Assembly: GCA_951406725.2 (NCBI GenBank)
Contig: OX597829.1
Span: forward strand, 27,652,001-27,716,000
Direction of reading: 5' to 3'
DNA length: 64,000 bases
Source of the DNA: Octopus vulgaris
Lineage: Eukaryota
The position numbers and the translations under genes were made by a program. The notes under the pieces were generated by a model, which worked only from the letters and a program-made list of their open reading frames with translations, did no database searches and was not told the origin of the DNA. Positions 38,352 to 49,810 of the stretch are shown here, piece by piece. The stretch's first letter is position 1. Each line of letters starts with the position of its first letter.

Positions 38352-38491
38352 CCCTTCAGCATTTAAACCAATCACATCCGGCCCAAAATATTCTACACCT
38401 TTTGTGTTCAAACTGGAGAAATACATGATTAATTCAAAACAATGTCAATAAATAAACTTGCATTTGACAGAGTAATCTCAATGCTGAAGAG
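38352..38491. mobile_element. short piggyBac-type MITE
   Basis: TTAA|cccttcagcatt ... aatgctgaagag|ctaa. Confidence 0.6.
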
Positions 38492-38837
38492 CTAATGCTA
38501 AAAAATTATGCTACAAGACATAATTTGTGGCTCTTGTTTTTATTTTGTTTTGTAACTCTGAGTTTAACAAATTTTGTGGGGTCTTTCAGGTTGTGGTTTC
38601 AATAGAAATAGAAGCCTAACCCATGAAGAAATTGAATTGATTGCCGCGGCTTGTTAGTTTGATTGAAAGTCGATTTAAAAACGCCTCATTTTATTCCTGC
38701 TTCATGACGCGCTGCTTGGCCAAGTGTGGATATTTCACCTTTGGGATGACATCTCAAAGAGGATTCTTTACAAATATCAAATGCACCTATTTGCTGCAAT
38801 GTTATCCACCCTCTCTCTTTCTCTTTCTCACCTTCTT

Positions 38838-38886
<49 letters not shown>

Positions 38887-38889
38887 CTA

Positions 38890-38939
<50 letters not shown>

Positions 38940-38947
<8 letters not shown>

Positions 38948-39075
38948 AAATTTACAGAAAAACGAAGACAGCTGTTTAAACAACAAGCAGGTGTATTAGT
39001 TTGACGCTCGGGAAGGTGAGAAAGTCCTTTTACGTGTGGATCCTACGCTCTTCAACTGAAAGGAAACGAGAAAAT
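38940..39075 (-). mobile_element. Penelope-like remnant (degenerate core); partial second copy at 39232-39312
   Basis: gtattagtttgacgctcggga matches the family at 37195 and 51900; abuts (TA)n. Confidence 0.45.
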
Positions 39076-40070
39076 TAAAGTTCAAAAAAGTTCAAACGTC
39101 GTGGTGTATTGGAGCGATTTTTCATCAACTGAAGAGTCCAGTGAAATCCATAAGTATATCCAGTAGTAATCCGGGTAGAATGCTGGTAAAGCAGGATAAA
39201 ACTGGTGCGACCACATGAGCGTATAATATATATAGTTGAAATTTTCAAAAAAACAAAACATGAAGACATGTATATAAGCAACAAGTAGATGTATTAGTTT
39301 GACGTTCGGGAAACAGACACACACACTATACAAATGCACACGCTGAAATTTTACACACCTTCCGTTCACCATATTCATTCACAAGGCTTTAGTCAGTCTG
39401 GAGTTATAGTAGAAGACGCCTGTCCATGGTGCTGTGTAGTGGGATTGAGCCCTAAACTACCTGTTTGCAAAATGAGCGTGTCTGTTTAAAAAAAAAATTC
39501 CATAAGTTATCGTTGAGTTAATCATTTTCACGTGGTGTTTACACAACCTTCCCACCTATTAATGAGACTTTGAAAACTAAACTGTATTTCATGAGCGGAC
39601 AAGTCCACCATTCCTGGGATGGGAGTGCGGAGATCGAAAGAGGAACAGGTAGACAAATTAGCATGTTTATTAAATTTGTCCAACACCATGATTATAGAAA
39701 GAATAAATGGATGTAAAAACTGCTTTGTCATCACATGAATAAACAGTGTGGTTGGAGCGGTTACGTTTTGGGTGAGGACACGCAATCGTTTGGTCTGAGA
39801 AGCGCTGGACAAAAAAAGTACTTGTAAAAAGTATGTTTTGATTTTCTTTGTAGGAACCTTAGAGTTTACCGTGTTATATGTTTCTGTCTTCAAACTTGAA
39901 AAGACGGCAAGTAAATAAAAATAAAGTTATCATGTAGTATATTTAAGTAAATCAATCGATTTTAAGGAATGAATATTGAAGCTAATCTTTAGTCAAAATA
40001 TATAAATTTTTCTTTTTGCTTACGGGTAATAATTCTCAGTCGAAAAGAAATTCACGACGTCTGTCCTGCC

Positions 40071-40116
<46 letters not shown>

Positions 40117-40239
40117 TCTCCCCTTTCTTCCTCTCTCATCTCTTTCTCCTTCTCTCCTCTCTCTCTCTCCCCTGAAGATTGTCTTTTGGCTCATTCATTA
40201 TCCAAACTAGCACAAGTCCATACCATCAACGATTGGTAT

Positions 40240-40330
40240 ACAGTAATCCCTCAACTATCATGGGTGTTATGTTCCAAAAAACCCCTGCGATAGGTGAAAA
40301 TCCACCAAGTAGAAACAGTACTGTACTGAA
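40240..40330 (+). mobile_element. Tigger/pogo-like left-end fragment
   Basis: TA|cagtaatccctc...aacccctgcgataggtgaaaatcc; no matching right end seen. Confidence 0.45.
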
Positions 40331-40650
40331 TATTTTTTTTTTTTTTGTTATTTCTATAATTTGTATATATTTATTTTATTATAAATACAAAAGCAACACC
40401 ACGGAGGAATCGACGTAAGCTTAAATAACAAACCACGATATGGCGAGGAATATCTGTATCTGTTTCTGAGTTTTCTATTGGTCTCTCCCTTTCACTAAAC
40501 ACATCACCACATTTTTTTTCCATATAAAACACACACACACACATACACTCGCGCGTGCACACACACACGTGCGCACACACATACACATGTATTTGTGTGT
40601 GTGTGTATATATATATATAGAGAGAGAGATAAAGAGTAAAAGAGCTACAA

Positions 40651-40765
40651 ATAGGTTCATGCGATGAAAACAACTCTGACAGCATTTCGTAACACGTCCT
40701 CAGGATTGTGTGAAGGCATCAGACATGTTAGAAAATGCTGACTTGTTTTCATCGCATGAAACTAT
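40651..40765. repeat. 115-bp imperfect fold-back
   Basis: ttcatgcgatgaaaacaa / ttgttttcatcgcatgaa (18-bp perfect) plus inner cagcattt..taaca.gtc arm. Confidence 0.8.
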
Positions 40766-40889
40766 TAGCCTCTCCTAAAAATATTTACTCCATCACGGAA
40801 CCGTACACTATATATTATTTTATATATTCCTAATATTCAAGAATTCTGAGTTGTATTTTGTCAGCCTTTCCTTATTTTATATCTCTGCA

Positions 40890-40909
40890 ATTACTACTAC
40901 TACTACTAC

Positions 40910-40960
<51 letters not shown>

Positions 40961-41123
40961 TATTATTATTATTATTATTATCATTATTATTATTATTATA
41001 ATTATCATTATTATTACTATTATTATCATTATTATTATCATTATTATTATTATTACTTTTATTATTATCATTATTATTATCATTATTATTATTATTATTA
41101 TTTATCATCATCATTATCATCAT
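40890..41123. repeat. (ATT)n/(ATC)n trinucleotide microsatellite
   Basis: Directly visible. Confidence 0.95.
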
Positions 41124-41177
41124 CAAAAACAACAGACGTTAAGGTAGATGTTAAGTACAGGTATTTTCTTCGTTGTA

Positions 41178-41442
41178 TTAGGTTGTCAGATAAATTCGTT
41201 CGTTTTCTTTCTATTTTTTTTTTTTTTCTTTCATTTTTTTCTGCTTTTCCTACTTGACAATCCATCGTCATATGCCTGAAAAGGTAAAACTCGTACAAAT
41301 TTCAAACACGATAAACAAAAGTTGCAGGGAAAGAATAGAGCTACAAAAACGAAAAAGTAAAAGAACACTGGAAAGGATTAAAATAAATATGACCATAAAA
41401 AAAATAATAATAACGAACGAACGAATTTATCTGACAACCCAA
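41178..41442. mobile_element. Tc1/mariner-type MITE
   Basis: 27-bp TIRs ttaggttgtcagataaattcgttcgtt / aacgaacgaatttatctgacaacccaa (1 mismatch), TA on the left. Confidence 0.8.
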
Positions 41443-41481
41443 TGCATTTTATAACTTATTAATAACTTTACTTGATCAGAG

Positions 41482-41583
41482 TGTTTTAAACTTTTTTTTA
41501 CATTCAATGACCTTTTTATTTTCCTCTGTATTTTTTTTTATTTTTCAGGTAAGTACTTTTGAAGTTTGAAGATGTTGGTAAGA
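41482..41583 (+). other. candidate recursive splice site (ttttcAG|GTAAGT) with a 29-nt cryptic exon 41549-41577 and second donor TTG|GTAAGA
   Basis: 65-nt AG-free pyrimidine-rich tract, branch-like tgAc at 41510, juxtaposed consensus acceptor and donor. Confidence 0.55.
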
Positions 41584-42406
41584 TGACATTTTCTTTTAAT
41601 TGCAAAAAAAAAAAAAAAAAAAGAAAAAAAATTAAGATGCTAAAACAAAACAAAAAAAACAAATAAGTAAGCATTTAATACAGGCGACTGTTTCAAAGTG
41701 TTCAAAAAGACAAATAAGACCGAAAAATGAATGAAGAACAAAAATATTTCTTACAGAAACTGTATAGTGTTGTTAGTCTATGGTTTGCTATTAGCAAACA
41801 TACTTCGAAAATGCGTTATGCTTTTTTAAAAATCTCCATTTTTTAATAATATCCAAAGGTGTGTATGTGTGTATACATTTAGCTTGATGTAGTTATTACG
41901 GCTAGCTCCATGCTGGAGCAGTGCGTGTGTGTGTGTGTGTGTGCATGTGTGTGTGTGTGCGTGCGTGTGTGTAAGTTCCTTTCTTTTTACTGTTTAACAC
42001 GTATCATTTGCAAACAATAGTTCCTTTTGCAACTAAACTGAAGCAACGATGAAATTACCAAATATTTCGCAATTTTTCACTCACTCTCTCTCCTCCCCCG
42101 CTCTCTTTCTCTCTCCTCGTCTTTCGTTCATTCTCTTAATTTTTTTAAAAACCATGTCAGTGACTAGTGTTATTTCGGCATTTGTGTCAAAGACTAGGAT
42201 TTTTTTATTTTACATGTGTCATATACCGAAATATGAGTGCTTCTCCTTGGAGTGGGGGGGAGCATTAAATAGAAATTAATACCGGGGGGGGGGGGCAAAG
42301 CGAATATTAAGGGTAACAGGTGCAATCAGTTGTATTTTTTAATTGAACACACCACTAATGCACTAATAATCTTTTAATTGTGATTAACCTGTCGTTAATC
42401 ATGTTC

Positions 42407-42458
<52 letters not shown>

Positions 42459-42738
42459 CGTGTGTGTGTGTGTTGAGTATTAAATTTTGTTGAGCTGGAG
42501 CTAGATGTCAGGAGGAGGCTTGCGAAAGTCTTAATAGAAGAAAAAAGGGAGATAATTAAGATAAAAGAAAAGGGTCGAGAAGTACTACCTTAATTTCAAG
42601 TTAATTTGTTAGGCCTCACAAGGTTAGTCATTAATATTCTTCCCCCCCCCCCCCACACACACACACAGACACTCACTCACGCCTTGCTAGGATAGGAGGA
42701 GGTCATTGGAATTGAGAGGTGTCATCAATCACAATTAA

Positions 42739-43316
42739 CCTTTTTGCCTGTCCGAAGAATTTTTCGTAAGTTTGTCCTAAACATCCATGGTTTTTTTTTT
42801 GTTTGTTAGCACTCATTTCATACATCTTCTTCTCTCTCTATATAAACGGCAGTTTGTCTGTGTGTGTTTCTGTGTGTCTGGTAGGTTGTACCCTCACCCT
42901 GACCACGGCTTTCAACCGATTCTGATGAAACTTGACACACACATAGCCCAATGTCATAATTCAAAACTAACGCAGCGAAAATTTTGAAAAGTTACCCCAG
43001 TTCTGAAAAAAATCGATAAATTCGACATGGGGTCGAGAATCAGAAACACAAACCACAAACTGTCATGGGGACGCAACTCCACCTTTTTTAACTAAAAAAA
43101 AAATTTACCATCATTTTTTTCCATTTTTTGGCTATAACTCTCTAAAAATGCTTTATAGTTATTTCCCTTACAAACCTGAGCAACGCCGGGCGATACTGCT
43201 AGTTCTGAATAATTATCAAGCTTTCCTTTCATATGTCCATGTTAATCTGGACGTTGAAAAACTTGGGAATGTGTATCAGGGAAATACGACCTGTGTATCA
43301 CAGGACAGGCAACGAG
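42739..43316. mobile_element. piggyBac-type MITE (family of 36093) split by a Helitron
   Basis: TTAA|cctttttgcctgtcc..taagtttgtcctaaa.. and ..ggacaggcaa; the halves are collinear with 36093-36333. Confidence 0.65.
42825..43202 (+). mobile_element. non-autonomous Helitron
   Basis: A|TC ... gagcaacgccgggcgatactgCTAG|T with no TSD; shares its 3' end with 816-1207 and 2545-2910. Confidence 0.85.
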
Positions 43317-43344
43317 TACTGGATTTCGAATATCTATCTATCTG

Positions 43345-43675
43345 ACCCTCCAGCCATCTTTTCCACCCACTTCGCCTAATAATAGGGTCATGAGTTTAGA
43401 GTCCAAGGGAACCTCCTCCGTACGATCCGATCAGAAGCAATTGTCATTAGGCCTCCCAAGCGTGATTAACTGAGACTATGGATATTCTCCAACGATCTTG
43501 TCCTTGGTCGAGCCCTTGGTCTCCTATCATTTGGCTCGGCTTGAAGAATCCGTCTTGCAATCCTTTCCTGAGACATTCTGAAATACATGTCTGTAGTCCC
43601 GGAGTTGTCACCTCCCTATGCGAAGAAGAAGCAGCTCAACCTAGAGAAACCTCCGAGCTACACAACTTCTCGAAT
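43345..43675 (-). mobile_element. RTE-clade LINE 3' fragment (decayed)
   Basis: Minus-strand translation VELLLLRI...RMSQERIARRILQAEPNDRRPRARPRTR; same family as 16270. Confidence 0.7.
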
Positions 43676-44120
43676 ATCATATTTTAAAATCCCTAGTTTC
43701 AACTACAAACAGTCCTGCTAATGTATAAAAAGTGTTATTAAAGTAATATGTACAATGTGTGCGTGAATATGAAATGTGTAACGCAAACCTTATTGCAACA
43801 GTAGTACTTCCATTTGACTCCGCCTCCTAGCCATTGAATTTTGTATTAAGCTTAAAGTTACTGTTGTCATCAACAACACACATTTATGTGTGTGTGTGCG
43901 CGTGCGTACGTGTGTGCGTGTGTGTATATATACACATACATTTATATACGATCAAACAAACTCATTGTAGGTCTGCGTACCTTATCACTTACTGCTTCTC
44001 ATTAAATTCTTACCTGTAAACGGGAAGAATGACTCTGTCCGAAACGTTTGACTTTCCACTCCCCACGGCAAATTCACTATACTGTTTTGCCGATTTTTTC
44101 TCTGTGTGTGTGCATGTGTT

Positions 44121-44171
<51 letters not shown>

Positions 44172-45603
44172 ATTGCAAAAAGCCTAAATAACAAAGAAGC
44201 TAAATTAACTCGCAGAAGAACCATACTGGTTCTTCTTATTAAGACCACACAAAATTTTACTTACAACTTTGGTTTATATCTTAATAGTATTGTCCATTGT
44301 GTAGTGTTAGAAAGTTTCGTTGCGTTTCTGCAGTTTGGCTAGTGATACGATTCGATTCTGGTCGCAGGATTTCGGCTAAAGTGTTTCATACTTTGTAGTA
44401 GTGTGTACATATATTTACTATTGCGAAATAAACGAAAAGTGAATATAACTGATTTTATATGTTCTTTTTTTGCTGACAAAAATAGCTGTTACATAATGTA
44501 ATTGTATCAGATTTAACACACACTCTCGGATCAAGTCACTTACTCAACTCAGAAATAAATAATTTTATTGTTGAAAGAACGGATCTATAAATAAAAAAAG
44601 GAGAAAATATCGCTGAATCAATCAATAAATGATCGATTCAATGCCCTTTTTTGGGGGGAAAAAAAGTCGATTGAAAATGTTGGAATGACACTGCCTTCAT
44701 CATCACCATATACATATAAATGCCATTATATAAATTTAATTAAGTCGTGGAGCTGGCAAAAGCATCAGTGCATCGGACGAAATGCATAGCGGCATTTTTC
44801 CGGCACTTTACGTTCTGCGTTTAAATCTCACCAAGGGCAACTTTTTCTTTCATCTTTTTGAGATGAAAGACCTGAGGTCAATGTAATAAGACTAATCTCT
44901 TTAGCCCTATACCAAAAGTTGAAATTGGGTTGTCATTCCGAACATGTTCATGTAATCTTCAGAATTCATCAGTAAGAAATCAGATGCCTGAATCATCTTG
45001 GTTTAGCCTGACAATTCCCTAATGTGAACCAAGTCGATGAACAACACCAATGAAAATAAGACAAAAGAGGAGTACCATTGCACACTACAAGCAGTGGAAG
45101 TTGGCGCACGAAGGTTCCTCGCAGCCCACATGTGTCAGCTCAGAATCAAAGATCGCAAAAGAACAGCAACGATGAAACGCCTGTTAGAGACAGCTACGAT
45201 GAGCTTAATGTGGCCATGAGCAACGGAAGACGGTAGCTGGAGCTGAAAAAGAATTCTGCAAATCACTACTAAACGGATAATAGGATAAAAATCCAGATTG
45301 AAATAAATCCTCAGTCCAATTTCTTTTAGTAGTCGTCATAGCTAAGCGATATACACCATAGTACAGGGAAATAAGATTACCTAAAGGGTCCAGGTTCAAC
45401 CCTCACCCACCCACTACTCAAGGCAGCGTTTCGGAAACAATAAGAGGAAATTTAGGAGTTATGACCAAGGCAGGCCCGTCTCCCTTAGACTGTCAACAGG
45501 CTAAATCACTTGCTGGCGGGAATCCATCTGAAGGTTTCTCCTGCTGTCAATTGACCTTCTAAGAGAGTTTCCACCAACTATTGTTATTGAATTATTTAAA
45601 ATA

Positions 45604-46146
45604 TTGGGTTGTCCGGAAAGTTCGTGCCGATTTATAGTAGCTTACATTTCGACTTATTTTAGAACATGGTTGAGTCCATAAAATAGGATTTGACTACACC
45701 TCCTTTTAGAGCACAGTTTAAGCTATCTTTTCTTGGAAGAAGGTTTATGTTCCTATAACTTATGTTAATTTCGTAACCCTTTAAAATGGAAGGTAAGAAA
45801 GTTCATTTTCGGTACTTGATGCTTTGGGAACCAGACAAAAATTGCTACAGCTCGGCTGGAATGCGTTACCCCACCCTCCATATTCACCAGATATTGCTCC
45901 TTCGGATTTCCACTTATTCAGGTCTCTGCAGAATAGTGTTAATGGTAAAAATTTCAATTCCTTGGATGACGTAAAAAGACACCTTGATGAATTCTTTGCC
46001 AAGAAACCACCTCAATTCTGGGAAGAGGGTATTTTCAAGTTAAAGGAAAGATGGTTCATATTTGGTTGATTAAAAATGTAATGGCAAGTATTTATTGACC
46101 TTTTTCTTTCCTTTAAAAATCGGCACGAACTTTCCGGTCAACCCAA
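45604..46146 (+). mobile_element. internally deleted mariner transposon
   Basis: TA TSD, 30-bp TIRs (1 mismatch); N-terminus MEGKKVHFRYLMLWE joined out of frame to the C-terminus LGWNALPHPPYSPDIAPSDFHLFRSLQN. Confidence 0.93.
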
Positions 46147-47238
46147 TATTATTTGTTCAGTTGATTTAATTATTTATGCTATTCAAATGAAGTGACATTA
46201 TTTTACCTCTGATTTCATTTTCGATCACTGTTTATGCTAGTCTATCACCCATTGGAGGTTGATAAACTAAATAGTATTATAAGTATATAGTATATATGAA
46301 TAGTGTAATACTTATAGTATATGTAGATAAACAGAGGTGTATAGGGATTGATAAACTAAATACTATATTATATTTTATATTTGTATGTATGTATGTGTAT
46401 GTATGAATGAAAGTATGCATGCATACATGCATGTATGTATGTATTTTTGTATGTATGTATTTTTGTATGTATGTATGCATGTATGTATGTATGTATATTA
46501 TTAATAAGTATATAAATATTATACTGTGTAGATCTATATAGGTATATAGGACATTATGTAAGAAACATACTCACGCCATGATAAAATATTTCAGTATTAT
46601 TGTATTTATGAAATTTAAATGGTATTTAGCATTCATTCATTGTAATTTAAAAAAAAAGGAGAAAACATTTTTTTACTAGTTAAAATTCGCAGCATTTTCT
46701 GCAAGCCTCCCTCCCGCCTTCCTTCATTCCGTGACTATATTTCCGTTCTCCGACATACTAGCAATAAGTTTAGCTATTTCATATTTTAGCATTTTCTTTC
46801 GGGGATTTATCTCTCTGTTAGCGATATCAAAAAGAGTGCATTTTGAACCAAAGAGTGCATTTGAGAGGTTCTCTCATGGTATCTACCGCAGTATAATTAG
46901 TTCCAACAGAACATCCACGTATTTAAGTGGGGGATAAATATTACTTCTTTCGCTCTCTTTTTTTTTTTAATTCTAAAGTGCCTAAATGTTGTGGGTGAAG
47001 AAAACCCTGCAAGTCTGTATTAGGAAAGAAATCCCTCAATCTGTCTGTGTGTGTGTGTGTGTTTTCATAAACACAGAACATAAACAGTTACAATTCTGAG
47101 GCAATGCTGGATATCTGTTTCTTATTAACCAATAATATTATATCTTCTTCATCGTAGAAAAAGAAAGGGGGAAGAAGTAGCAGCATATATATATATATTT
47201 TTTTTCCTTCTTCCTTTCCTTTTGAAAACACCAACAGC

Positions 47239-47273
<35 letters not shown>

Positions 47274-47751
47274 CCACAGCAACAGCAAGAGCAAATTCCG
47301 TGGTAATTTTTTTTTTTGCCTTTTTTTTCTTTCTTTTTTTTGGCAGGTGTACTGGTATTACTACTGCATCACAATAAAACTAATCTATCGCTCACATGTT
47401 CTCTATTCGTTTTGTTGTTTATCTTGTTGTTGTTGCTGTTGTTGTTGTAGTAGTTGTTGTTGTTGTTGCTTTTATGACTGACATGTGATGTAAATTATTG
47501 CGTGTTTTACTATTAAGATACAAGATAACAAAAGGTAATAATGACAGTAAGCACATTAATCCCCACTACAGAGGAAACAGACACACGCACATTCGTATAG
47601 AGTGTGTGCTCGAGCGCATGTGTGTGTGTGTGTCCGTGTCCGTGCATTTGTGTTTGTGTACATCAAAAGCCTACATTTTGTGTGCTGTGAGCTTAGATGA
47701 ACTCTGCACACCTACTAACGATAGTAAATTCATTATTATAAATGCTAACGT

Positions 47752-48728
47752 AGGCGCGGGCATGTCCTTCTATGTGTAGTTTAATGAGCTCACTTTCCAA
47801 CCACGTGGTTTCGAGTTCAGTCCCCATTCTGTGACACTGTGGACAAGTGTCTCTCCAGCTATATCCCCGGGCGCGAAATTTTTTTTCCTACGAGAATTCC
47901 AGACCCCAGTTATGAACTCATTTGCATACAGCCAATCAGAGCTCAGCTATCAAACAGATTTATGAGCGCAAAACAAGTGAGGGGCGATAAGTTAAGGTCA
48001 CTTGGGTAATGAATGACCATGTTTCTTTTCTCTTTTAATAATGCTTGTTGTTCTTGTTTCAACCATGCGTAGTTATTTGTATTGTTGTTTACTTTCTAAA
48101 ACAGCATGGGTAGAGGGTTGCTAGCACATCACCCTCTACCCACATTTTTCCCCATCCACATCTTCACCATATGGGGCCCTAACAAAATCCGATTATAGGT
48201 ATAGATGCAAATCTATCTAATTACTTTCACCTAAAATTAGGCATAACTTGGTGATCGGTCGATTTACAATACCGTCTTGAGTTTACTTGGTAGAGTGTGT
48301 TTGTTAACTTGACAGGGGGAAGGTGAGCTCTGATTAGTTGTATGCAAATGAGTTCATTGCTGGGGTCCGGAACTCTCGTGGGAAAAAATTTCGCGCCACG
48401 GATCGACCAATGTTTTGTGAGTGAATCTGGTAGACGGAAGCTGTATGAAAAAAGCCTATCGTCTGTATGTGTGTGTGTGTGTGTGCGTGCACGCGCGCGT
48501 TCGTGCATTTTGCGTTTCTCCCTTACAACATTGCTTCACAATCTGTGCTGGTTTATTTACTTCCCCATGACATAGCGGTCCTGCAAAAGGAATCGGTAAA
48601 ATAAATAGCGGGCTCTAAAATGAAAAGAAAAAGGTATTGTGATCGATTCGTTCGATTAAAATCCTTCAATACGGTGCCCCAGCATAGCCGCAATCTAATG
48701 ACTGAAACAAGTAAAAGATAAAAAGATG
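47752..48728 (+). mobile_element. SINE family A (old) split by a MITE
   Basis: Head to ctatatcccc (47868) resumes at gatcgaccaatg..gtgagtgaatctggtagacggaa (48401). Confidence 0.75.
47870..48397. mobile_element. MITE with ~75-bp TIRs (possibly PIF/Harbinger-like)
   Basis: ggcgcgaaattttt..cgaga.ttcc.gaccccag..atgaactcatttgcataca.c.aatcagagctca is mirrored at 48324-48397; possible 3-bp TSD ccg/acg. Confidence 0.85.
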
Positions 48729-48978
48729 ATAAAAATCTCACTCCTTACTGCACTTCTTTTTTCTGTCCCTTATTATGAAATATTGTGGCGGGTATTCTGA
48801 GACAGCACATCACACACACACACACCATAGAAACTAAGTTGTATCGGAACTGATACGATATGATGACGAGCCGGCGATTAAAATGATGACCGAAAATGAG
48901 CGATATTTCATCAGCACACAAATTATACTCATTTTTTACATCGAAATGCCTTATGTATCCTTTTAAAATCTTTTATCG

Positions 48979-49147
48979 TTACCTCCGCCTTAATATTTGA
49001 GAGCGGTCGGGTTCATTTTTAGTATTCTTGTTTGTGAGATCAATCGAGTTTATTTCAGATATTCCCATTTTCAAAATCAACTCTGGCTAATCGTTGAGAT
49101 CACGGTATTGCCTTGGCGGAGGTTTGCGCTCTCAGAGTGCTCCTGTT
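48979..49147 (+). mobile_element. Helentron-associated (HINE/DINE-1-like) short element
   Basis: Subterminal IRs acctccgcc (48981-48989) / ggcggaggt (49115-49123), then hairpin gcgctct-c-agagtgc and a T-rich end. Confidence 0.6.
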
Positions 49148-49599
49148 TGTTTTTTTCTTTTAGTTATTTAAACCATTTAACTGCAGCCATCCTTGAGCAG
49201 TGCCTTCAAGGGTTTAGTCAAGCGAACCTACCCTAGTGTTTATTTTAAATCTGGTATATTTATTCTGGTGGTCTAGTTTGATGAACCGCTAAGTTCAAGA
49301 CGCAAATAAATTTCCACCAACTGTCAAGCGATGGCAGTGATCAAACACAAACACGCGCGTGCGCGCACACACATGTACGATGATGATGTTGATGATGATA
49401 TTTTCTACATAAGGCGGTGTCCCAACATGGCCGCAGTCAAAATGACTAAAACAAATAAGACTTTAAAAAAAGGCTTTGATTCTGTAAACGAGCAATCTGG
49501 TCTGTTTATTTTAATGACCTATTAATGTAAACAGTAAATTTCTTTGCGCGATAAGACGCTCAGCAAGAAATGGAAACAAAATTGAAGGAAGAAGAAAAG

Positions 49600-49600
49600 C

Positions 49601-49633
<33 letters not shown>

Positions 49634-49727
49634 TAATAATAATAATGATCATGATAACAATAATAATGATGATCATGATCATGATAACAATAATAATAAT
49701 AATAATAATAATGATGATCATGATAAC

Positions 49728-49774
<47 letters not shown>

Positions 49775-49810
49775 TGATCATGATAACAATAATAATAATA
49801 ATAATAATAA
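49600..49810. repeat. (AAT)n microsatellite with repeated atgatcatgataac interruptions
   Basis: Directly visible. Confidence 0.95.

Noticed and set aside
43975-44030. Minus-strand tttacAG|GTAAGA followed by GCA|GTAAGT, resembling a recursive site
   Set aside because: Short pyrimidine tract with a nearby upstream AG, and on the opposite strand to the stronger 41548 site; cannot be distinguished from chance without RNA data
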